Assembly (NCBI GenBank): GCA_964536515.1
Contig: CAZHXI010000001.1
Location: 31,480-95,479 of the forward strand
Length of the DNA: 64,000 bases
Reading direction: 5' to 3'
Source: an uncultured Gammaproteobacteria bacterium
Lineage (GTDB): Bacteria > Patescibacteriota > Patescibacteriia > CAYZDG01
Shown here in pieces: positions 46,978-56,314 of the stretch. Numbering within the stretch: position 1 is the stretch's first letter; each line of letters starts with the position of its first letter. Under the pieces are notes generated by a model. It saw nothing but the letters and a program-made list of their open reading frames with translations. It did not search any database and was not told where the DNA came from. The position numbers and the translations under genes are program-made.

Positions 46978-47646
46978 ATGGAAGCTTGGATTTTTGCAAA
47001 CAAACTGACGGTAGGTTTCTGGTCGGCCATCGTGGCCAGTGGATTCTTAGCCCTGTGCTTCGTGACCGTGCTCGTGACTCGTGCCATCAGAGCCAGATCG
47101 TTCAGGCGCGCGACGCTGGCGAAGCTCAGCAGCGTAGCAGCAGAGCTCGGCCAGCTCGCTGGCCAGTTGCAGTCGAACGACTTCGTCCGCAAGCAGGCGC
47201 TGGATCGTATCGTTGACTTCTTCGATACGGTCAGCCGATGGCACGACCGAGATGCCGAGCTGGCGGCGATCATTGCCGACCTGACGGCGTTGAACAGGCG
47301 GAATGATTACGACGGCGTGCTGCGAGACCTGGCCACGCTGCGGGCTCACCTCAACAATGCCGGCCGCTCGCCATACGGCTTGAACAGGACTAAGCCGGGA
47401 GAGCGGGTTACAGCTGACAGCGTCTACCTGGGTGATATCTTCGGCCTGTGGACCAAGACGGTTGCGTACTGGAAGACGACGGCCAGCGAGCCGAAGGACC
47501 AGTGGCGCGGCGGGATGTGGGCTGGGCACAACGGCGTGGCGGGCAAGAACTGCTACGACGTCGTCTCCACTCAGGCCGCAGATTTCATGGCCGGACACAT
47601 CGGACCGATCGTCGAGCTGGCGGGCAAGGTTCAGCAAGCGCGTTGA
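46978..47646 (+). CDS. Hypothetical membrane-anchored protein (single-gene cassette)
   Basis: AT-rich promoter TTGACG at 46901, SD AAGGAG, N-terminal TM, terminator at 47653-47682. Confidence 0.75.
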   Translation: MEAWIFANKLTVGFWSAIVASGFLALCFVTVLVTRAIRARSFRRATLAKLSSVAAELGQLAGQLQSNDFVRKQALDRIVDFFDTVSRWHDRDAELAAIIADLTALNRRNDYDGVLRDLATLRAHLNNAGRSPYGLNRTKPGERVTADSVYLGDIFGLWTKTVAYWKTTASEPKDQWRGGMWAGHNGVAGKNCYDVVSTQAADFMAGHIGPIVELAGKVQQAR

Positions 47647-47652
47647 ACTAAC

Positions 47653-47682
47653 AGGCCCCGGTCGCAACTGCGACCGGGGCCT
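47653..47682. terminator. Hairpin terminator
   Basis: AGGCCCCGGTCGCA-AC-TGCGACCGGGGCCT. Confidence 0.75.
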
Positions 47683-47697
47683 TAACTCTATCAAGCT

Positions 47698-47739
47698 AGA
47701 TCTCTCGGCTCGTCGCTACGCTCCTCGCTCGGGATGACG
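47698..47739. repeat. GTCAT-class REP-like element
   Basis: AGATCTCTCGGCTCGTCGCTACGCTCCTCGCTCGGGATGAC. Confidence 0.55.
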
Positions 47740-47745
47740 AGCCTT

Positions 47746-48486
47746 TTAGCTGGCCAGCAGCTGGTCCAGCGCGCTCTTGATCTGCGCGAAGGGCACGGCG
47801 CCCTCCAGCGGAATCTTCTGGTCGCCGGTCAAAATGACGCTGTAGGGCGTACCCTGGGCGCCGGCTGCGGCAGCGGCGGCAATATCGTCCTGGATCTTCT
47901 GGCTGTACTTTCCCGAGCTCAGGCAGCTCTCGAACTTGGCGCGATCCAAGCCGACCTGCTGGGCGATCACCGGCAGCTGCGCTGCATCTAGGCCGTTGTT
48001 CGCCGGCGTTACCTCGTAGATCTTGTCTAGGAAAGCCCAGAACTTCTCGGGGCCGCCCAGCTCGTTGGCGCACTCCGTAGCCTCGGCCTCCTTGACCGCC
48101 TTGGGGTGGATAGAGGTCAGCGGGAAGTGGCGGTAGACCCAGGCCACCTGGTCGCCGTACTCGGCGACTACCTGCTTGAGCGTGGGGTGGAAGTCCTTGC
48201 AGAAGGGGCACTCGGTGTCGGAGTACTCTACGATCGCCACCTTGGCTTTGCTCAGGTCGCCGCGGACGTGGTCCGCATCCGTTACCGGCGCAATGACGAT
48301 GTTGCCCTGGCCCTGCTGGCCGGTATTGTCCGTGGGTAGGTTGCCGCCGTTGCCACCGAACTTGGTGCCGGTGTCCTTGGTCAGCGTCCAGACGAAGCCG
48401 GCGGTTCCGGCAATGAGTAGGCCGAACACCAGCCCGACCAGGAAGATGTTGAGCGGCGTAAGTTTGAACGGGGACTGTTCGTCCAT
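47746..48486 (-). CDS. DsbA family thiol-disulfide oxidoreductase
   Basis: TM anchor; EYSD.ECPFC, YRHFPL..IH and GTP. Confidence 0.92.
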   Translation of the reverse strand: MDEQSPFKLTPLNIFLVGLVFGLLIAGTAGFVWTLTKDTGTKFGGNGGNLPTDNTGQQGQGNIVIAPVTDADHVRGDLSKAKVAIVEYSDTECPFCKDFHPTLKQVVAEYGDQVAWVYRHFPLTSIHPKAVKEAEATECANELGGPEKFWAFLDKIYEVTPANNGLDAAQLPVIAQQVGLDRAKFESCLSSGKYSQKIQDDIAAAAAAGAQGTPYSVILTGDQKIPLEGAVPFAQIKSALDQLLAS

Positions 48487-48639
48487 GTTGATTCTCGGTT
48501 AGTGAATTCGTGGGAGCAGTATACAGGAAAGGGAGGCGAGGAAGTAGCGGAAATTGGTATCATTGACACTAATTAGCATATATGATATAAAAGTTACGTA
48601 ATTGAACCAGAACGACCAAATTAGAGAGTAGGAGGAGCA

Positions 48640-49233
48640 ATGAGCTCAAGTAAAAGACGGCTCGGCGGCTGGGGAATGTGCGGTATTATTGGCCTCGCGG
48701 TAGTGGCGCTGATTGCGCTCACGAACCTCAACCCAGGCCTGTGGCAGGCGATGAAGGGAGCGGGAATTCGGACGAATTCGGCGATGGCGTACATCGCCAT
48801 TTCACAGCCCCAGGCTGTCCACGCGTTGCTCGAGGGTGAGCTGGAAGAAGTCGCCTCCGACGATCCCGGTGTGGACCTGTGGTCTCCTGATCGATTCAGA
48901 GAAGCGCGCAGCATCAACGAGAGCTGCTGGACGAGGTCTAACTACGGCCTGCTACGCATCGATCGCCGCGGTGGCCGCAGTTACCTGGAGCTCTCCCCGA
49001 ACGGCAACCACACGGTATGGGAGACGTACGGGGAGCTGACGGCGGCAACGGAGCAGTCCGTAGCTGCAGCGGGCAAGCCCAATTTGGAGACGTTCCTCTC
49101 CGGCGGGCGGGTAGCCTGGGGGACGCTCAGCGTCCACCTGGCTGGTAGGAACCCCGACGACGCGACGGCGATCGCGGCAATGTTCATTCCGTACGGGACG
49201 CCCGAGGATTTCGTTCTCACCCCCGACGAGTAG
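48640..49233 (+). CDS. Hypothetical membrane-anchored protein (single-gene cassette)
   Basis: Promoter TTGACA at about 48563, SD AGGAGG, N-terminal TM, terminator GAGCCGCACG-TTAAC-CGTGCGGCTC at 49250-49274. Confidence 0.75.
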   Translation: MSSSKRRLGGWGMCGIIGLAVVALIALTNLNPGLWQAMKGAGIRTNSAMAYIAISQPQAVHALLEGELEEVASDDPGVDLWSPDRFREARSINESCWTRSNYGLLRIDRRGGRSYLELSPNGNHTVWETYGELTAATEQSVAAAGKPNLETFLSGGRVAWGTLSVHLAGRNPDDATAIAAMFIPYGTPEDFVLTPDE

Positions 49234-49291
49234 TGAAGCAATTCAACAGGAGCCGCACGTTAACCGTGCGGCTCTTCTGCATTCCGGCCTA

Positions 49292-49855
49292 TCAATTGAA
49301 CCTGTTCTGCACGGCATCCAGCGGCTCGTGGATGAGCGCGGTTGCCGCCTCTGCCGCACGCTGGATAGCTGGGGCGACCAGGGCCCGCTCGTCCATTTGT
49401 AGCTGCCACTTAGATGTAACGAACTCCTCGGCCGCAGACGGCTGGCCGCTGGGTGGCAGCACGCCCACTCGGACGCGGATGAAGCTGCGGCTGCCCAGGT
49501 GGGCCAGCAGCGACTCGATGCCGTTGTGGCCGCCGCTGGATTTGAACTCGCCCACGCGCAGCGTTCCCAGGGGCAGGGCGAGGTCATCGTAGACTACGAC
49601 GATGCCGGCGTGCGGATCGTTCTTCAGCAGGGCGCGGACCGCGGTTCCAGACTCATTCATGAAGGTCTGGGGCTTGGCCAGCTGCACACTGCCGTCGTCC
49701 GTGGCGCAGACCAGGGCGTTCGCCGATTTATCCAGCTTCCACTCCGAAGCGCCCAGCGCCTCGGCGACCCTGTCCACGGCGGCGAAGCCCACGTTGTGCG
49801 GGGTGTCGTCGTACCGCTTGCCCGGGTTGCCCAGGCCTACCACCAGCCAGCGCAT
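49292..49855 (-). CDS. pth: Peptidyl-tRNA hydrolase
   Basis: VGLGNPG..Y..T.HNVGF, KPQTFMN.SG and GGHNG. Confidence 0.96.
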   Translation of the reverse strand: MRWLVVGLGNPGKRYDDTPHNVGFAAVDRVAEALGASEWKLDKSANALVCATDDGSVQLAKPQTFMNESGTAVRALLKNDPHAGIVVVYDDLALPLGTLRVGEFKSSGGHNGIESLLAHLGSRSFIRVRVGVLPPSGQPSAAEEFVTSKWQLQMDERALVAPAIQRAAEAATALIHEPLDAVQNRFN

Positions 49856-49857
49856 AC

Positions 49858-51249
49858 CTAGTAGCGCCTGACGGCGGGCTTGAACTTCTTCTTAACCCGG
49901 CCGCCGCCGACGGAGGCCTGCTGCAGGTCGATGTGGATGGGTACGCCCACGAAGCCGAACTTCTGGCGCAGGGCGTTCTGCAGGTAGCGCACGTAGGCGG
50001 GGGAGAGCGGGTGGGCGGCGCGGACCTGCATCTCGAATCGCGGCGGGTTGGTGCCCACCTGCTTGAAGTCGGATAGGAACGGCTTGTGCTTGCCGCTGGA
50101 GGTGAGCGGCTTCTGCTTGGCCATCGCTGCCTTCAGGAACTTGCCCAGGGCGTTGTCGGTGATGGTGCGGCCACGCTCGGCGTGCACCTCGCGGATGGTG
50201 GCCAGCAGCTGCGCCACGCCCTGGCGCGAGGCGGCAGAGGTGAAGGCAATTGGCGCCCAGGTGAGGAAGGGGAAGCTGGCGCGGTAGGCTGCCGCCCACT
50301 TCTGCGGCGCCTTCTCGTCTTTGGCCGGCAGCAGGTCCCACTTGTTGGCGACGATGATCAGGCCGCACTTGACCTCGCCGGCGAGGCCGGCCAGGTGCCT
50401 ATCCTGGTGCGTCAGCGGCTCGCTGGCGTCGGTTACCAGCAGGGCGACGTCGCAGCTATCCAGCGCCGCCAGGGTCTGCGCCTGCGCCTTCTTGGCCACG
50501 GGGTCGTGCGTGGGGCTCCGGTTGATGCCGGCGGTATCCGTAATCTCGAATAGCTCGCCGTGGTCAACCAGGTTCACGCTGATGGCGGTGCGCGTGGTGT
50601 GGGGCTGGCTGCTTACCACCAGGCGCTGCTGGCCGACCAGCGCGTTGCCCAGAGACGACTTGCCCACGTTGGTGCGGCCGAGCATGGCGATGCGAATGGA
50701 TGGCGCCGCCGCCTCTGCGGGGGGCTGCTTCAGCTTGCGGCTGGCGAGGCGGCGGAATACCTCGTCGAGCAGGTCGCCCACGCCGCTGCCGTTGGTGGCC
50801 GAGGTAGGGTAGGCCTGGCCCAGGCCGAGCGAGGCTAGCTCGGCGGCGTCCGCGTGCTGCGTCGGCCGGTCTGCCTTGTTCGCTACCACCACCACGCGGT
50901 CCTTGCCCAGCTTCCTGCGTAGGTCCGCTGCCAGGCGGCGGTCGTCCGGCATGGCCCCGTCGCGTACGTCGAGCACGAAGAGGATTAGCTGCGCCCGCTC
51001 CATCGCCAGCTTGGCCTGCTCGGTGATGGCGCGCTCCAGCTCGGTGCCGTTCGGCAGGTCTAGCCCGCCGCAGTCTATGAAGGTGGCGCGGCGGCCAGCC
51101 CAGAAGACCACGCCCTCGTGCCTATCGCGGGTGGTGCCCGCTACGCCCTCCACCAGCGCAGCACGCCGCCCGGTGAGGCGGTTGAACAGGCTAGACTTGC
51201 CGACGTTGGATCGCCCCACCAGGGCGACCGTTGCGGGGGTTTTCTCCAT
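49858..51249 (-). CDS. der: Ribosome biogenesis GTPase Der
   Basis: Two GTPase domains (GRSNVGKSS, GRTNVGKSS) and KH-like tail F.G.PI. Confidence 0.95.
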   Translation of the reverse strand: MEKTPATVALVGRSNVGKSSLFNRLTGRRAALVEGVAGTTRDRHEGVVFWAGRRATFIDCGGLDLPNGTELERAITEQAKLAMERAQLILFVLDVRDGAMPDDRRLAADLRRKLGKDRVVVVANKADRPTQHADAAELASLGLGQAYPTSATNGSGVGDLLDEVFRRLASRKLKQPPAEAAAPSIRIAMLGRTNVGKSSLGNALVGQQRLVVSSQPHTTRTAISVNLVDHGELFEITDTAGINRSPTHDPVAKKAQAQTLAALDSCDVALLVTDASEPLTHQDRHLAGLAGEVKCGLIIVANKWDLLPAKDEKAPQKWAAAYRASFPFLTWAPIAFTSAASRQGVAQLLATIREVHAERGRTITDNALGKFLKAAMAKQKPLTSSGKHKPFLSDFKQVGTNPPRFEMQVRAAHPLSPAYVRYLQNALRQKFGFVGVPIHIDLQQASVGGGRVKKKFKPAVRRY

Positions 51250-51257
51250 ACCCCTCG

Positions 51258-52616
51258 TTATACCCCGCCGGCGAAGTCTCGGCCAATGAGCACGACGAAG
51301 TCTGCCGTAGAGGTGCCGTTGCCCGTCAGCACCAGGCTGCCGGGGAACAGCTCGGCTAGGCGGCTGCGTGCCAGCGGGGCGTCTCCGCCCGAGTGGTCGT
51401 AGATTACGGTGCGCGCCACGTCCTGCCGCTGGGCGTTGCCGAAGCTGGAGACGTGGAACTGCTCGGCGGCCAGGCGGTCTGCCACGCGAACGGCGAGGCC
51501 GGCCACGTCCGTTCCGTTCTCCACGGCCACCGTTACGTCGTCCGCCGCGGACGAGGCATCGAACAGCTGGGCGACGGCGCGCTGGATGAGGGCGAAGCTG
51601 CCGCCCCGCGGCGTGAGCAGGAATGCCCCGTCTGGCCCGATGGCGTTGTTCAGGAAGCCGTTGGCGCTGTCGTCTATCACCAGCCGCGGGGCGGCGTCGG
51701 GGTCGGCGTTCTGGAACTGCAGCGCAACGTCTACGGCGTCGCCGATCGGCAGGTCGGTATCCAGCGAGTCGTTCAGCAGGTCTGCCAGGGCGCGGAGCCT
51801 GCGTGGGCTGGCGAGCGTACGGAGCTGCAGCGCCTCGCGCATCAGCGACACGGCGACCAGCTGCTGCCGCCTGGCTCGGGCGAAGTCGGAGTTCTCGCCA
51901 TTGCTGCCGTGCCGTGAGCGCGAGTACTCCAGGGCGGCGGCGCCGTCCAGCCGCTGACGGCCGGCGGTGAAGGAGACCGTCTTAACGCCGCCGCGCCCGT
52001 CGGGGTAGGTGTAGTCGGTGAAGGTGTTCGGCACGTCCACGGTGACCCCGCCGAACGCCTCGATGAGGCGCTCGAACCCGTTGAAGTTGATGACGGCAGC
52101 GTACGAGATCGGCGCGCCGGTAACGGAGGACAGCGCCTGCTTGAACGCCGGCAGGCCGCTGCCGGGCTCGCTGGCTTCGGCGAGGGCGTAGACCGAGTTC
52201 ACCTTGCGGAAGGCGCCTGCCTGCGTCGCCACGGCTAGGTCGCGCGGCACCGACACCAGGCCGAATTGGCCCGCCTTCGGCTTGAGCACGAGCAGCATTA
52301 TGGTGTCGGTCAGCAGCGGGCCGTCGTTGCCCACGCCGCTGATGCCGCCGACGGCGATGTACACCGTATCGCGGCTGGCGATGGGCGTTATGTCGGGATT
52401 GATGAGCCTCGCTACGTCGCGTACCACCGGCAGGTGCCGCAGCAGGCTAGCGAGGGGGTCCGCCGCCGGCGCGGCCAGCTGGTAGGCGGTGGCGGCTGCG
52501 GCTAGCACGGCTGCGCCCAGGCTGAGGACGATGAACGCCTTGGCCCAGCGGCCGCGCCGCCTGGGACGTGGCGCCACGTGGTTCGGGTCTAAAAAGTCGT
52601 TGGCGTCGTCAATCAT
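51258..52616 (-). CDS. LCP (LytR-CpsA-Psr) family protein with LytR_C domain
   Basis: TM; LTDTIM, SVPRDL, SDF.R.RRQQ; C-terminal V.NGT...GLA. Confidence 0.92.
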   Translation of the reverse strand: MIDDANDFLDPNHVAPRPRRRGRWAKAFIVLSLGAAVLAAAATAYQLAAPAADPLASLLRHLPVVRDVARLINPDITPIASRDTVYIAVGGISGVGNDGPLLTDTIMLLVLKPKAGQFGLVSVPRDLAVATQAGAFRKVNSVYALAEASEPGSGLPAFKQALSSVTGAPISYAAVINFNGFERLIEAFGGVTVDVPNTFTDYTYPDGRGGVKTVSFTAGRQRLDGAAALEYSRSRHGSNGENSDFARARRQQLVAVSLMREALQLRTLASPRRLRALADLLNDSLDTDLPIGDAVDVALQFQNADPDAAPRLVIDDSANGFLNNAIGPDGAFLLTPRGGSFALIQRAVAQLFDASSAADDVTVAVENGTDVAGLAVRVADRLAAEQFHVSSFGNAQRQDVARTVIYDHSGGDAPLARSRLAELFPGSLVLTGNGTSTADFVVLIGRDFAGGV

Positions 52617-52726
52617 TGCGCGTGTGGTGCAGCTGCCCCTGCAGCGTACCCGGCGCAGCGCATGCCGGTCAACGGAAATGGGTTGCAGCGGCGTGTTTCC
52701 GGTGCTACCGTTGGCCTGCTCGGTAT

Positions 52727-52803
<77 letters not shown>

Positions 52804-52822
52804 TGCCTCGTTAAGATCAGTC

Positions 52823-52862
52823 GGTTCTGCGCCGGAGGCGCACCCGCCTCTGGCGGGGAACC
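52823..52862. repeat. GC-rich palindrome or terminator after tRNA-Val
   Basis: GGTTC..CGCCGGAGGCG-CACC-CGCCTCTGGCG..GAACC. Confidence 0.5.
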
Positions 52863-52927
52863 CAGGTGCGACCACCAGGCATTTGCCCCGGAGGGGGCTT
52901 AGGCGGTACCATTGCCGCTGCATACCT

Positions 52928-53566
52928 ATGGCTAAGAACCTAGATTCACTCCAGACGCCGGCCGACGAGCAGCCGCGGCGTTCGGTGCTACGCGAGGTAG
53001 GCTCGTTCCTGTTCGACGTCGCCAAGGTGGCGGCAATTTCGCTGGCCATCATCATTCCCGCGCGCACCTGGCTGGTGCAGCCGTTCTTCGTGCAGGGCGC
53101 CTCGATGGAGCCGAATTTCTTCGAGCGCGAGTACCTGGTCGTGGACGAGATAAGCTACCGTTTCGGCCCGCCGCAGCGGGGCGACATCGTGGTGTTCCAT
53201 CCGCCGCAGCGGCCGGAGGAGTTCTACATCAAGCGCGTGGTCGGCCTGCCGGGCGAGACGTTGAGCCTGCGGGCGGGCAGGGTTTTCGTCGCCAACGCTG
53301 CGCACCCCGAGGCCGTTGCCCTGGACGAGAGCGCGTACCTACCGGCCGGCACCGTTACCCGGGCCACGTCGGCGCAGCTCGCCGAGGGCGCCTCGCTCAC
53401 GCTCGGCGACAGCGAGTACTTTGTGCTCGGCGACAACCGCGGCAACAGCCAGGATTCCAGAGCCTTCGGCCCGCTGGAGCAGTCCCACATCGTGGGCAGG
53501 GCTTGGCTGCGTGGCTGGCCGCTCAGCCGGGCGGGCAGCGTGCCGGCCCAGCAGTACGGCCTGTAA
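52928..53566 (+). CDS. lepB: Signal peptidase I
   Basis: GASMEP, RGDIVVF, YIKRVVGLPGE and FVLGDNR.NS.DSR. Confidence 0.96.
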   Translation: MAKNLDSLQTPADEQPRRSVLREVGSFLFDVAKVAAISLAIIIPARTWLVQPFFVQGASMEPNFFEREYLVVDEISYRFGPPQRGDIVVFHPPQRPEEFYIKRVVGLPGETLSLRAGRVFVANAAHPEAVALDESAYLPAGTVTRATSAQLAEGASLTLGDSEYFVLGDNRGNSQDSRAFGPLEQSHIVGRAWLRGWPLSRAGSVPAQQYGL

Positions 53567-53609
53567 CGTTTGACCCGGGGGGTGGCCGGGCGTATGCTCG
53601 GCCTTGATT

Positions 53610-54866
53610 ATGAGTGATGCGAAGCGCCGACGACCCGCAGCTGCCAAGGCGGCGCCGCGGATCGTCCGTGGAGCGAGGGGCGCCAGCGGCGCCGAGCTCG
53701 ACCCAGCCTGGCAGCGGTGCCGGTCGGTGTTCGACCGTACCGCGGAGGGGTACGGCTTCAGCCGGGTCGACCTGCCCGCCTTCGAGCTAGCTACGCTCTA
53801 CCGCCGAGCCTGGGGCGGCGACGATCCGGCCGTCGCCGAGCTGGCGACGGTTACCAGGGGCGATGAGGAGCTGACGCTGCCCGCCTCGGGGCGAGAGAGC
53901 TTGTGCCGTCTGCTGCTGGAGCGAGCGGCGGGCGAGCAGCCGGCTGGAAAGTTCTCGTACTGGACGCCGACCTTCGTCGGCGGAGCCGCCGCGCAGCAGT
54001 CGTGGCAGTACGGCATCGAGCTCTACGGCGAGCCAGATCCAACGGCGGATGCCCAGTGCGCCATCGTCGCCTGGCGCCTGGCGCAGTCGCTGCGGGTCGG
54101 CGCAACTCTGCACCTGAACTCTTTCGGCTGCGCTACCTGCCGTCCGCCGTACCTCAAGGCGCTGGGTGAGTTCTTCCGTCGGCAGCGGGGCGCCCCCGCG
54201 GGCAAGCAGCCCTGGCGGGCGCTGGCAGACCTCTCGGCCGAGGAGGCCGCTGCAGCCCCGCAGACCGTAGACTTCCTGTGCCCCAGCTGCAACGCGCACC
54301 TGGTGCAGGTTCTGGAGTACCTAGATGAGGTGGAGGTTCCGTACGCACTGGACCCCACCACCGTCGCCCCGTTCGACTACGCCAGCCGTACCGTCTTCAC
54401 CGTTACGCCACCCGAGGCCAGCACGCCGCTGCTGTTCGGCTGCCGGTACGATGAGCTGTGCACCCGCCTGGGCGGTAGCGGCAGCGCCGTGGGCTTCGGC
54501 GGCGACGTGGCAGCCCTGGCGCAGCAGGCAGCGGCGGGCACCGGCAGCCGCCACGCCCCGCACGTGCTGCTGGCCCAGCTGGGGCCGGAGGCTCGCAAGC
54601 ACGCTATCGTCCTGTTCGAGCGGCTGCGTGCAGCCAACATTACGGTCGCTGCCCACCTGGGCGGCGGGGGGCTGAAGGGCCAGCTGGAGGAAGCCGGCCG
54701 CCTGGGCGTGCGCTACGCCGCCATTATCGGCCAGCGCGAGATTCTGGACGGCACCGTGCTGCTCCGCGACATGGAGAATGGCATCCAGGAGACGGTCACG
54801 CGCGAGCGGCTGGCCGCCGAGATAGCCAAGCGCCTGGCACGCGAGGCCGCGCTGCCGCTGGCTTGA
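53610..54866 (+). CDS. HisRS-like protein with eroded catalytic motifs and intact anticodon-binding domain
   Basis: HisRS fold landmarks (YGF..V..P.FE, LNS.GC..CR..Y, RYD.L...LGG, IIGQ.E...G.V.LRDM) with motifs 2 and 3 degenerate. Confidence 0.8.
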   Translation: MSDAKRRRPAAAKAAPRIVRGARGASGAELDPAWQRCRSVFDRTAEGYGFSRVDLPAFELATLYRRAWGGDDPAVAELATVTRGDEELTLPASGRESLCRLLLERAAGEQPAGKFSYWTPTFVGGAAAQQSWQYGIELYGEPDPTADAQCAIVAWRLAQSLRVGATLHLNSFGCATCRPPYLKALGEFFRRQRGAPAGKQPWRALADLSAEEAAAAPQTVDFLCPSCNAHLVQVLEYLDEVEVPYALDPTTVAPFDYASRTVFTVTPPEASTPLLFGCRYDELCTRLGGSGSAVGFGGDVAALAQQAAAGTGSRHAPHVLLAQLGPEARKHAIVLFERLRAANITVAAHLGGGGLKGQLEEAGRLGVRYAAIIGQREILDGTVLLRDMENGIQETVTRERLAAEIAKRLAREAALPLA

Positions 54867-54907
54867 GCTCGTGAAGCCAGTGAGGGATGGAGAGTTAGAT
54901 GTTATGA

Positions 54908-54936
54908 TTGACTTATCATAGTAAATATGCTACTAT
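54908..54936 (+). promoter_or_regulatory. AT-rich sigma70 promoter of the cassette at 55145
   Basis: TTGACT-N17-TACTAT with extended TG. Confidence 0.75.
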
Positions 54937-55144
54937 AGAATTATAGTATATACTTTGAAAAATTTGATTTTTCGATAATGTCACCCATAGCTTTAGCGAA
55001 GGGTGGTAGCCCTAGCCACGAGGTCAGGGAGGGGTCATCCTCTCGCTGCGTCCTGGCTACGGCTACCTAGGTTGGAGCCCACTGGCGAGTAACAGACGTG
55101 TCCCCAACTGTGGGGACGGGTCAAAAAACAAGAAGGAACGTGTC

Positions 55145-55813
55145 ATGAGAAATGACGAGTTAGTTCTAGGAGCTACGCAGGCGTACGAGCTCCAGGCGAG
55201 TTTGCGCAAAGCCGGGTACACGGACGGAGAGCTCAAGGCCCTATCTGGCACCCCGTTTCTGTCGAAGGTGCTCACGGTCATTCGTGGGCAGGCGACCATC
55301 CAGGCTCTGCCGCCCGCCGAGCAGGCGCCCGTCACGCCGTTCGAGCCCAAGGTCTTCAAGACCATCAAGCTGGGCGAACACAAGTCCCACAAGGACTACC
55401 GCAAGGCCATGGAGAAGGCGGGCTTCCGCATCGGCGACTACGCGGTCCAGATTCTGGAGAAGGTCACGGTGGCGAGCGAGCCCACCGAGCTGGACCTGGT
55501 GGTCGTGACGGTCGGCGAGCTCGGATTCAAGGACGGCGCGCGGCGAGACGCCATCTACGAGAAGGCCCTGAGCCTCGGGCTGCAGCTCTGCCCGAACGAA
55601 GTCGGCCCGGCACTGCGCCTGGCGCACCCGGACCAACCCATGAACGAGTGGCTGCGCGTCGGCATGGAGCCCCTCACGGACTCGGGCGGCGGCCTCTACG
55701 TCTTCTGCGTGGACCACGACGGCAACGGGCGCTGGCTCGACAGCTACTACGGCGAGCCCGACCTCGTTTGGAACGCTGTCAACCGCTGGGTGTTCGTCCA
55801 GCCCCGCAAGTAA
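55145..55813 (+). CDS. Putative DGR target protein (C-type-lectin-like C-terminus)
   Basis: LGL.LCP.EVGP.LRL...DQP..EW...MEP.TD..G...VF.V....G.WL.....P...W....RWVF..RK; NNC codons at the variable positions. Confidence 0.7.
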   Translation: MRNDELVLGATQAYELQASLRKAGYTDGELKALSGTPFLSKVLTVIRGQATIQALPPAEQAPVTPFEPKVFKTIKLGEHKSHKDYRKAMEKAGFRIGDYAVQILEKVTVASEPTELDLVVVTVGELGFKDGARRDAIYEKALSLGLQLCPNEVGPALRLAHPDQPMNEWLRVGMEPLTDSGGGLYVFCVDHDGNGRWLDSYYGEPDLVWNAVNRWVFVQPRK

Positions 55814-55896
55814 GCACTTTGACCCTCGGCTCGGCACTCGGTCCCTTGGGCCTTGGCCCTTCCCCCCGCGCAACGCGCGGTCGGTTCCCAACAACA

Positions 55897-55929
55897 GAAG
55901 CCCCCGCCATCCGTGGCGGGGGTTCTTTG
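55897..55929 (+). terminator. Intrinsic terminator
   Basis: CCCCCGCCA-TCCG-TGGCGGGGG-TTCTTTG. Confidence 0.8.
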
Positions 55930-56062
55930 TTTGTCGCAGCGTGTCACCACCTGGGGTAATTTTGGCGCCATCCTTGACCTTCCCACCTCCGCATGGCAGC
56001 ATAGAGCCGTCCCGAATGGGACGATATTCATCCTATAATTCTAGAAAAGGAGGTGACCACCC

Positions 56063-56311
56063 ATGGTTGAGACCAAGCGTAAAGTGAACGAGAGCTTCGA
56101 GAGCCTGGTGCGACGGTTCAACCGCCAGGTGGTGCAGAGCGGACGGCTGCTACAGGCCAAGAAGGTCCGTTTCCACAAGCGCGACAAGAGCGTCGCGGTA
56201 CTGCGCAGCAGCGCCCAGCACCGTGCGGCGGCCAAGGCGCGCCTGGAGTACCTGCGCAAGATTGGCAAGGCCGTTGAGCCTGCCCCGCGTCGCCGTTCGT
56301 TCGGCGGCTAA
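56063..56311 (+). CDS. rpsU: 30S ribosomal protein S21
   Basis: ESFESLVRRF.R.V..SG.L..AK..RF; upstream of yqeY. Confidence 0.85.
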   Translation: MVETKRKVNESFESLVRRFNRQVVQSGRLLQAKKVRFHKRDKSVAVLRSSAQHRAAAKARLEYLRKIGKAVEPAPRRRSFGG

Positions 56312-56314
56312 CGT

